A DNA stretch of 59,256 bases, filler included, from Basidioascus undulatus (Eukaryota), in NCBI GenBank assembly GCA_000826855.1. It is 7 parts of 7 records of this genome, joined end to end, with 100 filler letters (N's around TTAATTAATTAA, not from the genome) between each part and the next. Parts side by side here need not be neighbours in the genome. Positions count along the whole stretch, not along the records: positions 1 to 7,449 come from JTLS01001553.1; positions 7,550 to 14,995 come from JTLS01001554.1; 5 more parts are not named here. The stretch is one strand, 5' to 3'. How positions within the stretch are numbered: the stretch's first letter is position 1; every line of letters starts with the position of its first letter. Made by a program: the position numbers and the translations under genes. The notes under the pieces were generated by a model that saw only the letters and a list, made by a program, of their open reading frames with translations, did not search any database and had not been told where the DNA came from. This document shows positions 1-13,405 of this stretch, piece by piece.

Positions 1-1002
1 CTCGCTATCAGGCCATCCTCGCCGTCGAGTGCGACGCGCAGCCTCGTGTTGGATACGCAGCTGCTCGGGGGGCACGCAGAGAGAGGGAGGGGATCGGACC
101 TTTTTTGTGTTTTGTATCGACTTGTATTGACGTCGAGTTACCTTTTCTTATGGTAGTTCATGAGACGGGCCCACGCGTGGAGCTTGATGAAGTCCAAGTA
201 AGCCGGTGGACCGTTCAAGCGTATCGAGGACCTGCCTGTACAGGCGTTCTGAATCGTCTCTTCCCCATCGCATTGACATGGTCGAAATGCAGATTGTCAA
301 TGAAGAAACGACATTCGGGTGGTGAAGAGTAGGCGGCAGCAAGCAGCGGTAGGTCTGTCGCAACAGAACACATCGCGGCTGTCTTTCACCTGTCCGGAGC
401 GTCATGGCGGCAGCCGTGCCACTTTTTCTTCTGTAATTTGCACAATACATTGATCAACCAAAATCAATTCGATTGTGAATGTGAGTCTCACTCTCAAAGC
501 ACGCGTTTAGCACATTCCGCACTCGGACCTCTGGGACGGTCCACAGCTTTATGCTGCCGTGCAGTGTCGTGCACGTTTGTGAGCTTTTGAGGTAAACCGA
601 CTCCCATATCAAGGAATCGTCTCAGCATTGAAAGAGATGTCTCCGAGTGTGTTCCATGAAGAAGCTTTTTTAAGGTCGATATCGGCAACGAAGATTTAGA
701 CTAGATTGGCAGGTGAGGAAGAACGCACTAAGTGCCATTATGCTTGACGGTTGTCTAAATCGAAATTTCCTTTTCTTGCAACATCGGCCGTTATCAGAAT
801 ACCAATTTAAATTCATAATAAGCTCTCTGAGCCGTATCCGATGACCCCCCGAGCCTTTGCAGTATTTTAGATTTTGGCGCTGATGCACTGCGTGATGCAC
901 TCGGAACGTCCGGTCCCCTGGCGAGAGAAGGGGCCGCCGGTCAATTGCAGGCGACGCTTGAGCTCGCTTCAACCATCTTCTCGCTTCCCAACCATCACCG
1001 CC

Positions 1003-2292
1003 ATGTCCTGCTCTCGGATACTCAGCAGGCGCACCTTGCCGCTCCTCTCCGAATCCATACCCCAGGTCCGGCCCCCAGCAATCCCCTCCCGACAGAGTGC
1101 CTAGGAACTGACAGAGGAGGCTTCCCGAGTAGCGACCCTCCCGCCCGCGATGGACGGCCGGCTCAATACAGGCTCGGAGCACCTCTGCCACCTCCTCGGC
1201 CGCTGAGCAGCAGCGGCAAGAACGGCGGGCGCAGCAGCTTCTGCATCAGAAGCGGATAGTCGAGACGCACGAGCGTGCGAGGCAGGCGTTCAAGCAGCGC
1301 AACCGGTCTTTATTCTACTACACTTCCGCCGTCGTTCGCCCCAGCCTTTCCCCTTCCCTCTTCCCCTCAACTTACCCATCCTCTCCCCTTACACACCCAG
1401 ATCATAACCGTCGTCGGCGTCTCCTACGCCGCCGTGCCGGCCTACCGCGCTTTCTGCTCCGCGACCGGCTTCTCCGGGACGCCCATGACTGACGCGACGA
1501 AGTACACGGCCGACCGCCTCGTCCCTACCGCCGAGTCGCCCTCGAACAAGCGCATCACGGTCCGCTTCGCAGCGGAGTCGAGCGACATGCTGCCCTGGAG
1601 CTTCGTTCCGCAGCAGAGGGAGATCAAGGTCCTCCCGGGCGAGACGGCGCTCGCGTTCTATACAGCTACGAACAAGAGCAAGGAGGATCTGATTGGGATC
1701 GCGACCTACAACGTCACTCCGGGGAAGGTGAGTGGACATGTTACTGAGTCGACTGGGTGTAGGGGGAAAGGAGGAACAGGAGGCTCAATCCCACCGCCCC
1801 ACCAGATCGCACCCTACTTCGCCAAAGTCGAATGCTTCTGCTTCGAGGAGCAGAAGCTCCTCGCGGGGGAGACGGTCGACCTCCCGATTCTGTTCTTCAT
1901 CGACAAGGACTACCTGGACGACCCGAGCATGAAGGGCGTGGACGACGTGGTGCTCGTGCGTCTCTCATCCCTCTCTCCCTCTATCATCGCTTGTCTGCGC
2001 GGGCTGGGTGTTGTGGAGAACACAGAACACAGCTGATCGTGATGGGGTGTGGTGTGGTGCGGCAGAACTACGTCTTCTTCAAAGCCAAGCGTGACACGGC
2101 CGGGCAGCTCGTGCCCGTGGGCGTGCAGGAGGGGGTGGACGTGCACGACGTGTCGACGCCAAACGTGAGTCCTTCCCTTCCTTTCCCTTCCTTCTCCTCT
2201 CTCCTTCCCTTCCCTTCCTTCCCCTCTCTTTCTTGCCTTCCCTTCCATTATTCAAACTTATGATCCTCCGCACGGAACAGATCATCCGATAG
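1003..2292 (+). CDS. COX11: Cytochrome c oxidase assembly protein Cox11/CtaG (spliced, about 5 introns)
   Basis: Spliced translation: MSCSRILSRRTLPLL (mitochondrial presequence-like) ... KQRNRSLFYYTSAV-IITVVGVSYAAVPAYRAFCSATGFSGTP ... LPWSFVPQQREIKVLPGETALAFY ... GIATYNVTP ... YFAKVECFCFEEQKL (CFCF copper motif) ... VDLPILFFID. Introns are GT-AG. The last exon (IIR*) is less certain. Confidence 0.95.
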
Positions 2293-3062
2293 CGCTGGAC
2301 GCTCGCTCCCCTCATAGATACCTACACCACTCTGAGATTCCGATAGGTTGGGCTGCGTCGCGGGCGGGTGGTGTGCTCGCGAACCAGGGCGTCTTGTCCG
2401 ATTGACGTTATTAAACTACTCACTGACCTGACCACCGATCCGCTCAAATCCGCTCGCTGTCGCTCGGCTTTCGATCGGCCCATCCGGCTTTATCTTTCAA
2501 ATTTCGCCCTATCCGAAATACCTTCGTTGATGGGCCGCTGTCCGCGCGCATTTCGAAGTTCGTGCCTGAACCGTGAACCTCAAGTCGGTGTACCTCGAAA
2601 AGTCCACGAGGATTCCAACGCGCCGGACTTCCTTCCTTCCCTTCCCCTCCCCGTCTCTCTATCGATCTTCTCACGCTCAACCAATTTCCTCGGCGGCCCA
2701 CCTTGCTGCGCGCTCTGCGGCGATGCGCGTCAGATGCTCAGGTTGGTCATGAGAGAAGTCGCACCCTTTCGCTCCTAACGGCCCGGCTCGTGCTGCTCAA
2801 CGACGTCGCGGGTCCGTCCAACCAACGCGCCCACTATTGGCTCATGGTCCAGTCGCATCAGCCTGCAAAGGTCTCGAGCCGACAACGGCACACGGCTAGC
2901 TTCCCATGCTCAATCGCTGTACATATCCGACTACCGAGGCTGCCTAGACAGACTCCGCTCTCGGAATTGATGAACTGGCTGCCGAAGCCCACTTGCAGGG
3001 TATTACTGCAGCATTCACGCTCATGCAAACCAGCAAACCCGATAGGCTAGAGTGCGTGTACT

Positions 3063-3168
3063 CGATATGCAGAATTTGATAACAACCGGCGTCGTGTGAG
3101 AAGATAAATGAATGACGATATGCGGAATTTGATACCAAACGGCGTCGCGTGAGAAGATAAATGAATGA
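3063..3168. repeat. Tandem duplication, 2 x 53 bp
   Basis: cgatatgcagaatttgataacaaccggcgtcgtgtgagaagataaatgaatga (3063-3115) is followed by cgatatgcggaatttgataccaaacggcgtcgcgtgagaagataaatgaatga (3116-3168), with 4 mismatches. Confidence 0.9.
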
Positions 3169-3634
3169 AGGCGTTGAACTTTGGCCTAATGAACATCTGC
3201 CGACCGCGATACGCTGGCGCGACTGCAAGGATATCAGATGATCTGCTCCGAAAGGCTGCGGGCGAGAATGGACCACTCAAGAAATATTTTTACTACACAT
3301 GCTCCTTGGATGGCTTTGCGATGTTTAGGTAACTGTCAGCGCACCGCCCAGCAGACAGTGCCGCGATCTTTCGAAGATGGCTCATGGCTTCAAACAGGCA
3401 ACGCCGCGGCTGTTGGGCTCTAGCCGTGTGATAGCTATCCCAAACGGTGCTCAATGCTCCAATTTCAAGTTTCCATGAATGTGCGCCAACCCAAAGAAAC
3501 TAGCAAGGAAGGTGTCCAGGCAATGTCCGTGTCCGTAAAAGAGTGAAGGGGAGCAGTGTGTAAACTGCGCAAAAGACGGGGTGCAGTAGGTGTGTATATG
3601 TGGGAAGCGGAAAGAACCGATTTTAAGGTCTGTA

Positions 3635-5776
3635 TCACTGTCCGCAGCCGTCAAAGTGGCACTTCGGGAACCACTTGCGGACCTCGGCGAGCACATCTTG
3701 GGAAGCGGACGAAACGTCGAAGGGCTTCGAGGGGTCCACGAGACCGCTCTCGACCGCCTTGCGAAAGCTGAACATTCGGTGTGACATCAGTACCCTAGAG
3801 GAATAGCGTCGAAGATGAAAACAACGCACTTCCACTCCTTGCCCTGCTGGCCGTCGAACGCCCACATCGCCGACCCCGCGGCGCTGAGCCAGAGGGCCTG
3901 CTGGCTTTGGTAGGTGTTCCTGCGGTAAACCGCTATCACGTCAGCATCCATTAAAAGCAGGTAAATCGACACCTCGGACTCACTTGAACTGCTCGTCCGT
4001 AAGGGGCTCTTTGGACTTGCGCGCGACGCTCCACTCGCCGACAAACCAGGGCACGGGGGAGTTGGCGATGTCGTCTGCGAGCGCAACGAGATCAGAAGCG
4101 AAGGAGGCGTCGGTGACGTCCTTCGTTACAAAAGACCAGTAGCTGCGAAGTACCCCAATTCATGTCAGCATTTGTTATGTGATGTGCACGATTGAACAGG
4201 AAGTGTGGTGTCGTGGTCCGTACCGGTGAAAGTCCATCGCAACATCGTGCGCGGCCGTGAAAGTGTCGGCCCAGGCGCCGGCGCCGAGGTACCCATCTGA
4301 GAAGACAAGCGTTGCGTTGATAACAGAAGTGTGCTCGTCTGAACTTGAAAACATCAGCGAGGCTCAAAGCAGCCTTGAAAGTGGGTGGTCAACGCACAAC
4401 AAGCGAGAGCGAAGTCCTTGAGCGTTTTTATCTTGATCGCCAAAACTGCAGCGCTGTCGCCGGCCTTGTGTCTGTGGACAAGGCCCGCCGGTTTGGTGAG
4501 TAACGCACAAGCTGAAAGAAGACGAGCTTAAGGTCGCGCTTACGGCTCCATCTCATTTCCGTTCTGGATGCCCGAAATGTACGACCGAGCCAGAGGCGAG
4601 AGTTCTTGGACAACGAAATCCGCAACGGCCTTGACAGTAGCCACGCCCCGGTCGAAGTACAGCTCGGGATGCTCAAAGAGTCCCGCGACATCCTCGTGAT
4701 GCCCAGAGTGCTCCCACTGGAAAAAAAATGTGTGAGCTTCCGGTATCCCGGAGGAGGAACAAGGAAGGACGCGGAGACGCACACCATTCTGCGAGCCAGG
4801 CAGGCCGTGGACGTCAAGCAAGACGTAGATGCCCTGCTCCGCGCAAAGCTCCACGATGCGCCTTATGTTCTCCTTCTGGAGCGGGGATGTCGGGTAAGGT
4901 TCGTCGCCCTTAGTCCCGATGAAGGCCCAGTATCCGCTGTACCGCCGCATAAGTTTTCCATCTGCAAAACATGGCTGGAAACAAGGAGATGGGAACACGT
5001 ACAACGGCAGTCGGACCATGTTGATCCCGTTATCCTTCATCCACTTCACGTCCTCGGCGGTGATGGAGTCCTTCCAAACAGACTCGAATTCGGCCGTGCA
5101 GGCGTCACTGCGGCCAGAGCATTGAGACCCTGGGATAGATAGATGTGATATCAGCGTTGGGTGATTAAAAAGGGTATGTCAAGGCCAAGTCCGCGGATGA
5201 AAAGAGCGCTTACAGTAATCGCCGGCGTAAGTTGACGAATCGATGGTAGAGGGAAGGCCCATCCACGCCTCTGAAGGACTGAATGGTCATCGCATAGTGA
5301 GAACAATGATGGTGATGGGGCTGACCTGGAAGGAAGATGTTGCCTGTGCATGTGCACACGAGTCAATGGGATGTTGTACTGAAGTGATGGCACGACGCGC
5401 TCACCGAGGTTTACAGCCCGCGCAGGTGTCTCGCCCCGCCAGTCCCACTTGGACCCAAGCTCTGCCGTTGGAGAGCTGGCCCATGACGAAGTTTCAGTGT
5501 ATGAATCTCTGCACCAGATTTTATTGTGTATCATCCCACTTACGGAGAAGCGGTGCTAGAGCTAGCTGGAGATGCCGTGCTGGAGCTAGCTGGCACTGTC
5601 GGGCTCGCGGAGATGGAGCTCGGGAAAGTACTTGGAGTGGGGGTCGCAGAAGAAGAGGTGGGCCTCTGTCGGCAAGTGCGCTTTCGAAGCCCTGTGCGGC
5701 GACGGTGGGAAACGGGCGCGGAAGAAGCGAGAGTGCTGACGAGCGCAAGGAGAACGAGGGTGGCAGCGAGTTTCAT
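3635..5776 (-). CDS. Secreted glycoside hydrolase family 5 (exo-beta-1,3-glucanase-like), multi-exon
   Basis: Signal peptide MKLAATLVLLALVSTLASSAP, a dibasic KR site and an S/T/P linker. GH5 motifs follow: RAVNLG, NGINMVRLP..GYW, VLLDVHGLPGSQNG-WEHSG, GIQNGNEMEP (acid/base region), VAMDFHRY, WFVGEWSV (nucleophile), GSAMWAF. Confidence 0.9.
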
Positions 5777-7139
5777 CTTTGCAGATGTAAGGTGGGGTGG
5801 GTTATTGGGAAAGCGAGAAGGTTGATGGAACGATTAGGCGAAATATGAAGCGACGGCCGGCGTCGAATCGAACGTGAAAAATAACGAATGTGGACGCGCA
5901 GCGACGAGGAGTGAACGAGCAAGAGGATTGAGGGGAAAGTGCAGGCACCAGCTGCAGGAAGGAAGCCTTTATTCCAGGTAGGATGGACCAGGCACAAGTA
6001 AGGCGGCCTGGACGGAGAAAGGGAGCCGTGCAAGTGTCGGCGGTGACGGACGACGGAAATGTCCAGACGTGACAAAGAAACACGAGGCACGACTCCCTGT
6101 GCCTCTTTGCGGCTCTTATGTTCCGCAGGTCTCATTTCCTTGAAACGGAACAGTCTGGTGTATACATCTTTCACCACGAAAGGAAACGCGTGGCGAAAGA
6201 CAATGCGCCAGCCAACCATTTCGAGGTAAGTTATAGCGCCAGCACGGCTTTCCATAGCCTCTCCTTTGTTCTTGCCGTCCTGGCCGATTCGTCCTTAACT
6301 TGGGTTCATCGAAGGCGCCTGGTGTAATGAGCAAAACCCTCGAAAAGAAACTTTTGCAATACGTATCCAACCGTTCAGTCTTACACTTCATGATGAACGA
6401 ACGCTTCGTGCGGCAATTCAAACCGCGTGCAGTCATGAGGCCGGAGGGCAGACCAAATGGCATCTGCATCCCTTCATCTTGGAGGAAAAAGTATTCGTTG
6501 AGGACGAAAGCTGCACCTTACGGATGCAGAGCTTCGACGAGCTCTCACCTGCTGCAGGACGAAGACTCAGGAAAGGGATTCTGCCAGGAACACAACATGC
6601 ATCACACACAGCTTAAAAGCTCATCATCATCGATCGTGTCGCGTATATCATTCTAATTGTGGGCCGAAGGCGTCACTGGGGCCAAAAAAGCAGGAGCCCG
6701 CGTATGTTAAAGATACTGTGGAACTTACACCCGCCTCGGTGTGCCACCAAGAAGAAGCGAGTGCGAACTAGTAGGGTATGGAAGTAACGGTGATAATGAC
6801 TAATGAAGTGGTTGTTAGAATGCTTGCATGAAGTACACGAACAAGAGACAAGGCAAATAGCTCAAGCTGTGGATGCTAGATACAGGAATGCGGAACGGGG
6901 TGTGGGATTGTTTAGGTGTACATTGCGAATGGCGTGCGTGGAACATGAAAATGCAAGTGGGGATGGGCGGTGGGATGCCGGAATGCGGATAGGGATAGGA
7001 TAGAAGAGAAGAGAGAAATGAAGTGGTCGTATGCGTGCATGATGGAAGTACGAGAGGGCGTCGAGCGGCTTCTGGACGTCAAAGGCGTAATCGTGTCGTC
7101 GTCGTCCCTCGTCGTAAAATAATCAAGAGGTGCATCCTT

Positions 7140-7449
7140 TCAATAGCTCATCTCCGAGCGATGATCGTCGCCCGAGCCATCCGAGCCGGCCCACATGCTG
7201 CGCGCGTCCTCGGCATCCGAGTCGAGCGTCCACGCAGCGGGCGCCGCGTCCGAAATGATGGCCGACAGCGGGCGCATCTGCGCGAGGGAAGGAAGGCGGT
7301 AGGGCGTGGGCGTGGTGGGACGTGGCGGGGAGGATCGGGTAGAGTCGGTTGGAGAGGACAGAGAGGAGGACGTGAGGGCAGGAAAGGAGGGCGCGGTGGT
7401 GAAGGACGGGGTTGTGGACGAGGAGGCGGCGGAGGGACTCATGGGCGAG
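7140..7449 (-). CDS. 3' end of an unidentified Ser/Pro/Thr-rich protein (cut by contig end)
   Basis: Open frame from the contig edge with GC-rich codon usage (…YRLPSLAQMRPLSAII…SEMSY*), followed by UTR-like sequence. Confidence 0.5.
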
Positions 7450-7549
7450 NNNNNNNNNNNNNNNNNNNNNNNNNNNNNNNNNNNNNNNNNNNNTTAATTA
7501 ATTAANNNNNNNNNNNNNNNNNNNNNNNNNNNNNNNNNNNNNNNNNNNN
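7450..7549. other. Artificial contig linker
   Basis: 44 N + TTAATTAATTAA (stop codons in all six frames) + 44 N. Confidence 0.99.
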
Positions 7550-8100
7550 GCAAGCCCGCGCCGGCGCAGCGTCCCGACGCCGCGGCGGGCTGCCGCGCCC
7601 ACGCGCTCGACGCGCCCCGCGATGTGCACGCGGATCGAGCGGTGCGGGCGGACGACCTCGGGCGACGGGGAGCGCCAGTCCTCCTCCGGGTGCTCCTCCT
7701 CCGCGTCGCCGGGCCCAGTCAGCTCGGCCTCTTCCTCGGGCGCAGTCGTTGGCGCGGGTCCCTGAAGCCACCGCCAACGACGCTGCGACTTGGCGAGAGA
7801 GGCGAGATGGTTCTCCGCCTCGAGCTGGATCCGGGCGTGCTCGTCCGGCTCGATGGCTGGCTGGAAGCCATGCGAAGATCGGCCGGAGTCTACACGGCCC
7901 AGGGGAGACAATCTTGAGCCTCCAATAGCCCAACCGTCTGATAAGCAACAACTCACGAAAACTGAGCCCCTTCCTGTTAAACGGCCTCGCACTCGGCGCG
8001 TTGCCCTCCCGCCGGGGCTGGCCCGGCCGCGTCGGCGTCGCTGCGGACTCTGAGCGCGAGCGTACAGCTGCTGACGGCCCAGCGCCGCGGTCCATCGACA
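7550..8100 (-). CDS. 5' part of an unidentified protein (runs off contig end)
   Basis: Coding-like frame FQPAIEPDEHARIQLEAENHLASLAKSQRRWRWLQG…VGTLRRRGL is open to the gap, with a probable upstream exon near 7960-8095. No family recognised. Confidence 0.5.
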
Positions 8101-8581
8101 CGGTTGACTATTAACAATGCGCAGAAACTGAAGAGCGATGTTGAGGAAGGTGAAGGGCGCTCGATGAGCATCGACTTGGGCTCGGACGCGATCAGCCTGA
8201 GTTCAGGAGGTGACGTCTGGCAGGCGAGCGGGAATGGTCGCTGCGGAGTGCCAATGAAACTGACAACAAGCTTCCACAAACCAAAGCAGGACGTTCAATG
8301 AGATTCGTTAGTGTATTCCAAAAAATCAGTGTCAGGCCCGGCTGTTTTGTAGTCCGCGTGCAGTGTCGCTGCGCGTCCAGTGGCCCAACCTGCTCTCATC
8401 CCCACATACCCACTCCCAATCTGTATCTTCGAGAGTCCGCTGGGACCCCCCGGTACCTTCAGCGCATCGCAGCTCACACCAATCCCCAAAAGCGCTCACA
8501 CCCCTCCGACAGCTCGCCCCACCCGCTGCCCTCGAGCCCACGTCCACACACACATTTGCACAATCACGCCTGGATCATGCA

Positions 8582-9904
8582 TTAATCCAACTCCCCCACC
8601 ACCTCCCCCTCCACCACCTTCGTCTCCGCCGACCCCCAGTCCTCCTGCAGCTCCTCGAACCCCATGAACCCCGCGCGCTCGAGCAGCGGGCGCCACGCCT
8701 TGGGAATGGGTGCCTTCACCGAGATCCACCGCATCTTAGCTTTGCCTTGGGGGGTTTTCTCCCATCTCTGGATGGCAGAGGGTTCTCAGTCTCTGAATAA
8801 AAAAGGAAAGAGAAGGGGAGAGGAAGAGGAGGGGGAGAGGGGGAAGAAGAGAGGGGGAGAGGGGAGGGAAAAGGGGACCCACTTGGAATGCCAGTTCCCG
8901 AGCGTGCAGGAAGATCTGTTTGTCGGACTTTTTGTGCAGTGCACGCAGGGCAGGCGTGAGCGCGGCTATGCCGTGAAGGCGGTCTCCGAGGATTGGTACT
9001 GCGCGGCGATCAACGTCAGAGGGGGAGGAGGAAAGGAGAACGGTATGAGACCCACGGCCGAGATGTGCACAGTGCGCGCGAAGCTGGTGCTTGCGTCCCG
9101 TTTTGGGCCGAAGAAGCAGGAGGGAAAGGTTGAGCTCTGGCTGAGTTCCCGGTAGGTGCTTGTCAGCCTTAAACCTGGCCTTCAGGAAAGCAAGACGCAC
9201 ATGGTGTCCCAACTCCTTCCATTCCGTCTCCGCCACATCGCTCTCCCCTTTGTCCTTCTTGTCCTCCAACACGCGCACGCGGCCTTCCGCGCCCACGCGC
9301 AAGGGCGCGCGGCACAAGCCCTCTGTGTCTTGCGTGCGCCGAGGGCTCGCGCTCCGCTGCGCGAGGGCGAGGTACGTCTTCTGGATCGTGTGCTGTCGAA
9401 ATTGCCGCGAGAGGGTGGAGGCGGCAGAGGGATTCCGCGAGAGGAGGAGCACGCCGGTTGTGGAGCGGTCCAGCCTGTGCAGCGGGTGCGGGGGAGGGAG
9501 GCCGTAGGAGGTGTTGAGGCCTGGATGGGATGCGGGTTTGAGGAGAATTTTCAAGGCAGGAAACGCGTCTGTAAGCTGGGCATGCCAATTGCGGACAAGG
9601 ATAATCGACGGACCAGGCAGATAATCCTCGATCGACAGCGCCTATCACCTCCGTCCAAATAAGCACGCTTGTTTCTCATCCACACGTTCCAACACAAAAG
9701 TCGCACATCCGTCTTCCCCGCTTGACTGACAAGCCCATACGGCTTATCGACAGCGACGACCGCCGCATCATCGTAGAGGATCGGCAGCTTGGGGAGATGA
9801 GCGGCCGCGCGCTGCTGCTCGGGGTAGGAACGCCCGGGCTTGAAGGTGGGTGAGGGTGAGGGTGCGCTTTTGGGCAGGGTGCGTGGGAGGGCGCGGGGCG
9901 GCAT
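8582..9904 (-). CDS. RluA-family pseudouridine synthase (Pus5-like, probably mitochondrial)
   Basis: Motifs LPILYDDAAVVAVDKPYGLVSQ, HRLDRSTTGVLL (catalytic Asp), IQKTYLAL, KTGRKHQLRAHCA, PILGDRLHG, FLHARELAF. The last exon RWEKTPQG…VVGELD* ends at 8582. Confidence 0.9.
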
Positions 9905-10763
9905 GGCGCGCGATCGAGGGGGTCAGTAGAGGCGGGAGGTGATTGAGGTTGGTAGACAAGCAAGGAGGAGGAGCAAGTGGGCTGTTGGAATTCGGCAAGT
10001 TTCCGCCGCCCGGCAGAAAAGTGGGAATTATAAACACAGATCACAGTCGTATTCGATACTGTGCTTTACACTAGCATCGGACGATCTGTTACGAGAAGAA
10101 AAAGAAACAGACAGCAAGAAGACACAAATTATCTCCGTCGAACATCCGCGGACCGTGCGCGGTCGGAAGTCGCAAGTCGCGTGCGCTTTCTCCGAGCACG
10201 CGTCTTCCGCTCTGGCCATCCCCTCAACTCACCGGCTCAAACGAGCATCTGTCGACTTAGTCACTCACTGAAATCAAAGGTATAATTGGAGGTCATACTC
10301 TCCGCATCACTCGATCAAGCGTCCGGCCGGAGCCCCTATCGAACCAATCGTCCCGCTCGTTCCCTTGCTGTCCATCGTCTCGCTTGTGCGTTCTTTTCTC
10401 GAGCTCTCAAGACTCACTGGTCCTACCCATATTGGTCTTCACACGGGCTTCCATGTGGCATTCGTCCTCGGGGCCGCCTTCTCCTCGGCGTCGTATTCTG
10501 CAGCTCAGGGGCCATACGTGCCTGTTTGGCGAATGGACGAGGCAGGGAAGGCAGGCCGACATATTGGTGCCATGAGTGTGATAGAGGAGGGGCATATCGA
10601 GCGATCAAGAAATTATTCTGCACATATCCCAGGCGCATCTGCCTGTCATGGGCCCAAGAGACTATTCGGAAGCTGACACGTATTCATGCGCCCCCAGGCC
10701 CCAGGCCGTCTCGCCCGACTCCTCCTCATCCCATTGCCCCCCCTCCTCACCGCTTCGTCCGCC

Positions 10764-12825
10764 ATGGCGTACCCGCTGCCGGGCATCCACATTCCACCTG
10801 GTGTGCCGACCTTCGCGCCAGACCCGCTCAATGTGCACTTCCGCATCCCCCGCGTCGAGGGCATCGACCATGATAACCTGCCAGTCTCGGAGCAGGTGTG
10901 TCTTCCCCCCCAAGCGATAGAATGACCAGACTTACGCTAATGCGGGTTGGTCCCAGATTGAGCAGATGGACCAGCGCATCACCTTGACGCTGCGTGAGTC
11001 CGCGTGGGAGGGCTGGGTTCACGGCGATGTGAATGCTAATCAGAGTGGATGCGCAGAGGGCATCGACGCCGACCTGTCCAAGATTCAGAACGTCATCCTC
11101 ACCCGCATCCTCCCGCAAGTCAAGCGCTACTCTGCAGCGACTCTTCCCGCGCGCGAAGCCGCTCGGGTGCGTCGTTACCACTCGAATTGTCTCCCATATC
11201 ACAGTTCAACTCACCGTGATTGCATCCGCAGTATTGGAAGACCTTCTTCGAAGCCGCCGCGCAAGCGCGTGTCCCGCAACCAGGCGACGAGACTCTGTAC
11301 ACCGAGTCAGCGGTGGACACGACGGCGGCCTCCGCACGCGAGTCGGACGCGGACGCGGACGCGACGATCTCGCACGGGACGCCGTCGTCTGGACACCAGT
11401 CGTTCCTTGCGTCCCTCGCGCTGGCGGGGGGGTCGTCGACGCCGCTCGGTGCTGCGCCCGCAGACGACTCCTCCGCGTCGTGGAAGGTGCCGGTCCAGGG
11501 GTCGTTCGCCAAGCTGAGCAACCAGGTCCGGACGCTCGAGGTCGATGAGTCCATCCTCCCCTACTTCTCCCTTCCGTCTGCGTCCGACGCAGGCGACTAC
11601 ATCATCGCGGACGCGGACGAGACAGTGCGCCTCGATTCGGGCGCGGTCTCGCGCCAGGAAGAGGAGGAGGAGGAGGCGACGATGGAGGGCGCGAGGGCGA
11701 GCCCGTCGATGGCGCACTCGCTCGCGCGGCTCTCCCTCGGCGCAGCCAAGTCCCGCGGGGGCGGGGCCACGTTCGACCCCCTTCCTCCTCCTCCGCAGGC
11801 CTCGGCGCGCCAGCGGACACCGCGCGCGGGCAAGGGCAAGACGCCCGCGGCGGGCCAGAAGACGCCGCGCAACCCATTCGGCGGCAAGGGGTGGAACGGC
11901 ATCGCCGACCTGCGCACGACCCCGCTCCGCACGGGCATCCGTGGTGCCGGCGGGCTCGACGACGACGACGACGATGATGACGAGTACTGGCCGCCGGGCA
12001 TGAGCCCGCCTGTGACGATGAAGTTCACGATGCCGAAGAGCACGAGCACGCTTACTGTTCGTCTTTTCCTTCCTTCCTTCGCCTTCGCTAGCGTTCGCGT
12101 TCCCGCTGACTGGCTCGCTCATCAGCGCACGCCCGCGAAAGAAGCCGTCTCCTCGATCATGCAGAACATCCTGCGCGAGGTAGGCGACGTCGGCGACACC
12201 CCGTCGCACGGCTCCGGTAGCATGCCCACCCCGCCGTCCTTCCTCCGGCGGAACTACGGCCCGCCGATCTCGTCCGCGTCGCACTCGCACCTGCTGGGGA
12301 GCTCGCAACGCGCGTACTCGTCCGACTCGGAATCGGACTCGTCCGACGACTCGCTCGTCTATGCCGGCGCGGGCGGCGGGGGAGAGGGGAAGGCGACGAC
12401 CCCCTACGTGGCGGAGATCAATGCTTTGCTGGATTTGGACGAGGACTCGGACGAGGGCGGGGGCGGGGAGGGCGCTGCTACGGCTGTGGGGGAGACGAGC
12501 CCTACGCCCAGCAGCTCGATCCCGCATTGGCCCAGCCTCGACCCCTCCCGCTCGGACGCGCTCTCGGACGCGGATCTCGCGCCTGACTCGAGCAGCGACA
12601 CGCTCTTTGGACCGCGCCCTGGGTCGGGGCCGGGCAGGGGACTACAGCTGCATGGAGAGGTGTACGTCGTCCTTCCGATTTCCCTTACGCCCCTTTTCTC
12701 CCTGCTTGCCTTCTTTGAGAGAAGACGGTGCTAATACTTACCGGGTCGGTTGGTGCAGGACGAGGACGTACCACGGGACGCAGCTCGAGCACGCCTCGGG
12801 TTACCCGGACTCGCCGCTGGGCTGA
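10764..12825 (+). CDS. ASK1: DASH/Dam1 complex subunit Ask1
   Basis: N-terminal Ask1 domain after splicing: EQIEQMDQRITLTL..IDADLSKIQNVILTRILPQVKRY…ARYWKTFFEAAA. A long low-complexity region follows, containing WNGIADLRTTPL and PPGMSPPVTMKF. The final exon is TRTYHGTQLEHASGYPDSPLG*. Confidence 0.88.
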
Positions 12826-13405
12826 TGATCGCAACTGCAACCTTTCTTTCTCTCGGTCATGCAACTTTGTCTCTCTTTGTTCCCCGCATTGCAGACGTTT
12901 TCGTTTCGCGCTGGATACCCTTTGATACATGTGCACCCGCCGCTCTTCGCATGCAGTGGGCGTGTTACAAGGTCCTCTCAATGAGATGGAATACATGCTT
13001 TGTTTTTGTTTCCTTGATCCAAACTGCGGTGATTATTCACAGGAAACTCGAACGGGCCAGCTTTAAATATCGACCGCTGGCCGCAGACTTTGGGAGAGAC
13101 GCAGACAGCCGGAGGGATAAGAAAGTTGAAGACAGGTTGTCTTCCGCCACTCTGCAGGCTGTCACTCCTCTTCATATTCCGATCTGTTTTACGAAGAGAA
13201 ATTCATCTCGCAAGGCAAGCTGCTGCCTGCCAGCACTCTTTCGAGGACTACGTATTTTGACAACACACGGGGGATGGCACCTTGTCGGCCAGCTTGACTA
13301 CTCCAACGCCGATAGCGCTTTCCCGCACACTGACGTTCCACCACTCCCTTTCTTGGCAACTTACCACCACCATATTCTAAGCACCCCACCTTCATCAGAC
13401 TCTAG

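Noticed and set aside
3063..3168. Possible CRISPR-like repeat
   Set aside because: Only two abutting copies, no spacers, no cas genes, and a eukaryotic context.
11307..12527. 406-aa antisense ORF over ASK1, and similar long shadow ORFs elsewhere
   Set aside because: Expected by-product of high GC3 codon usage. The translations are R/G-rich and carry no motifs.
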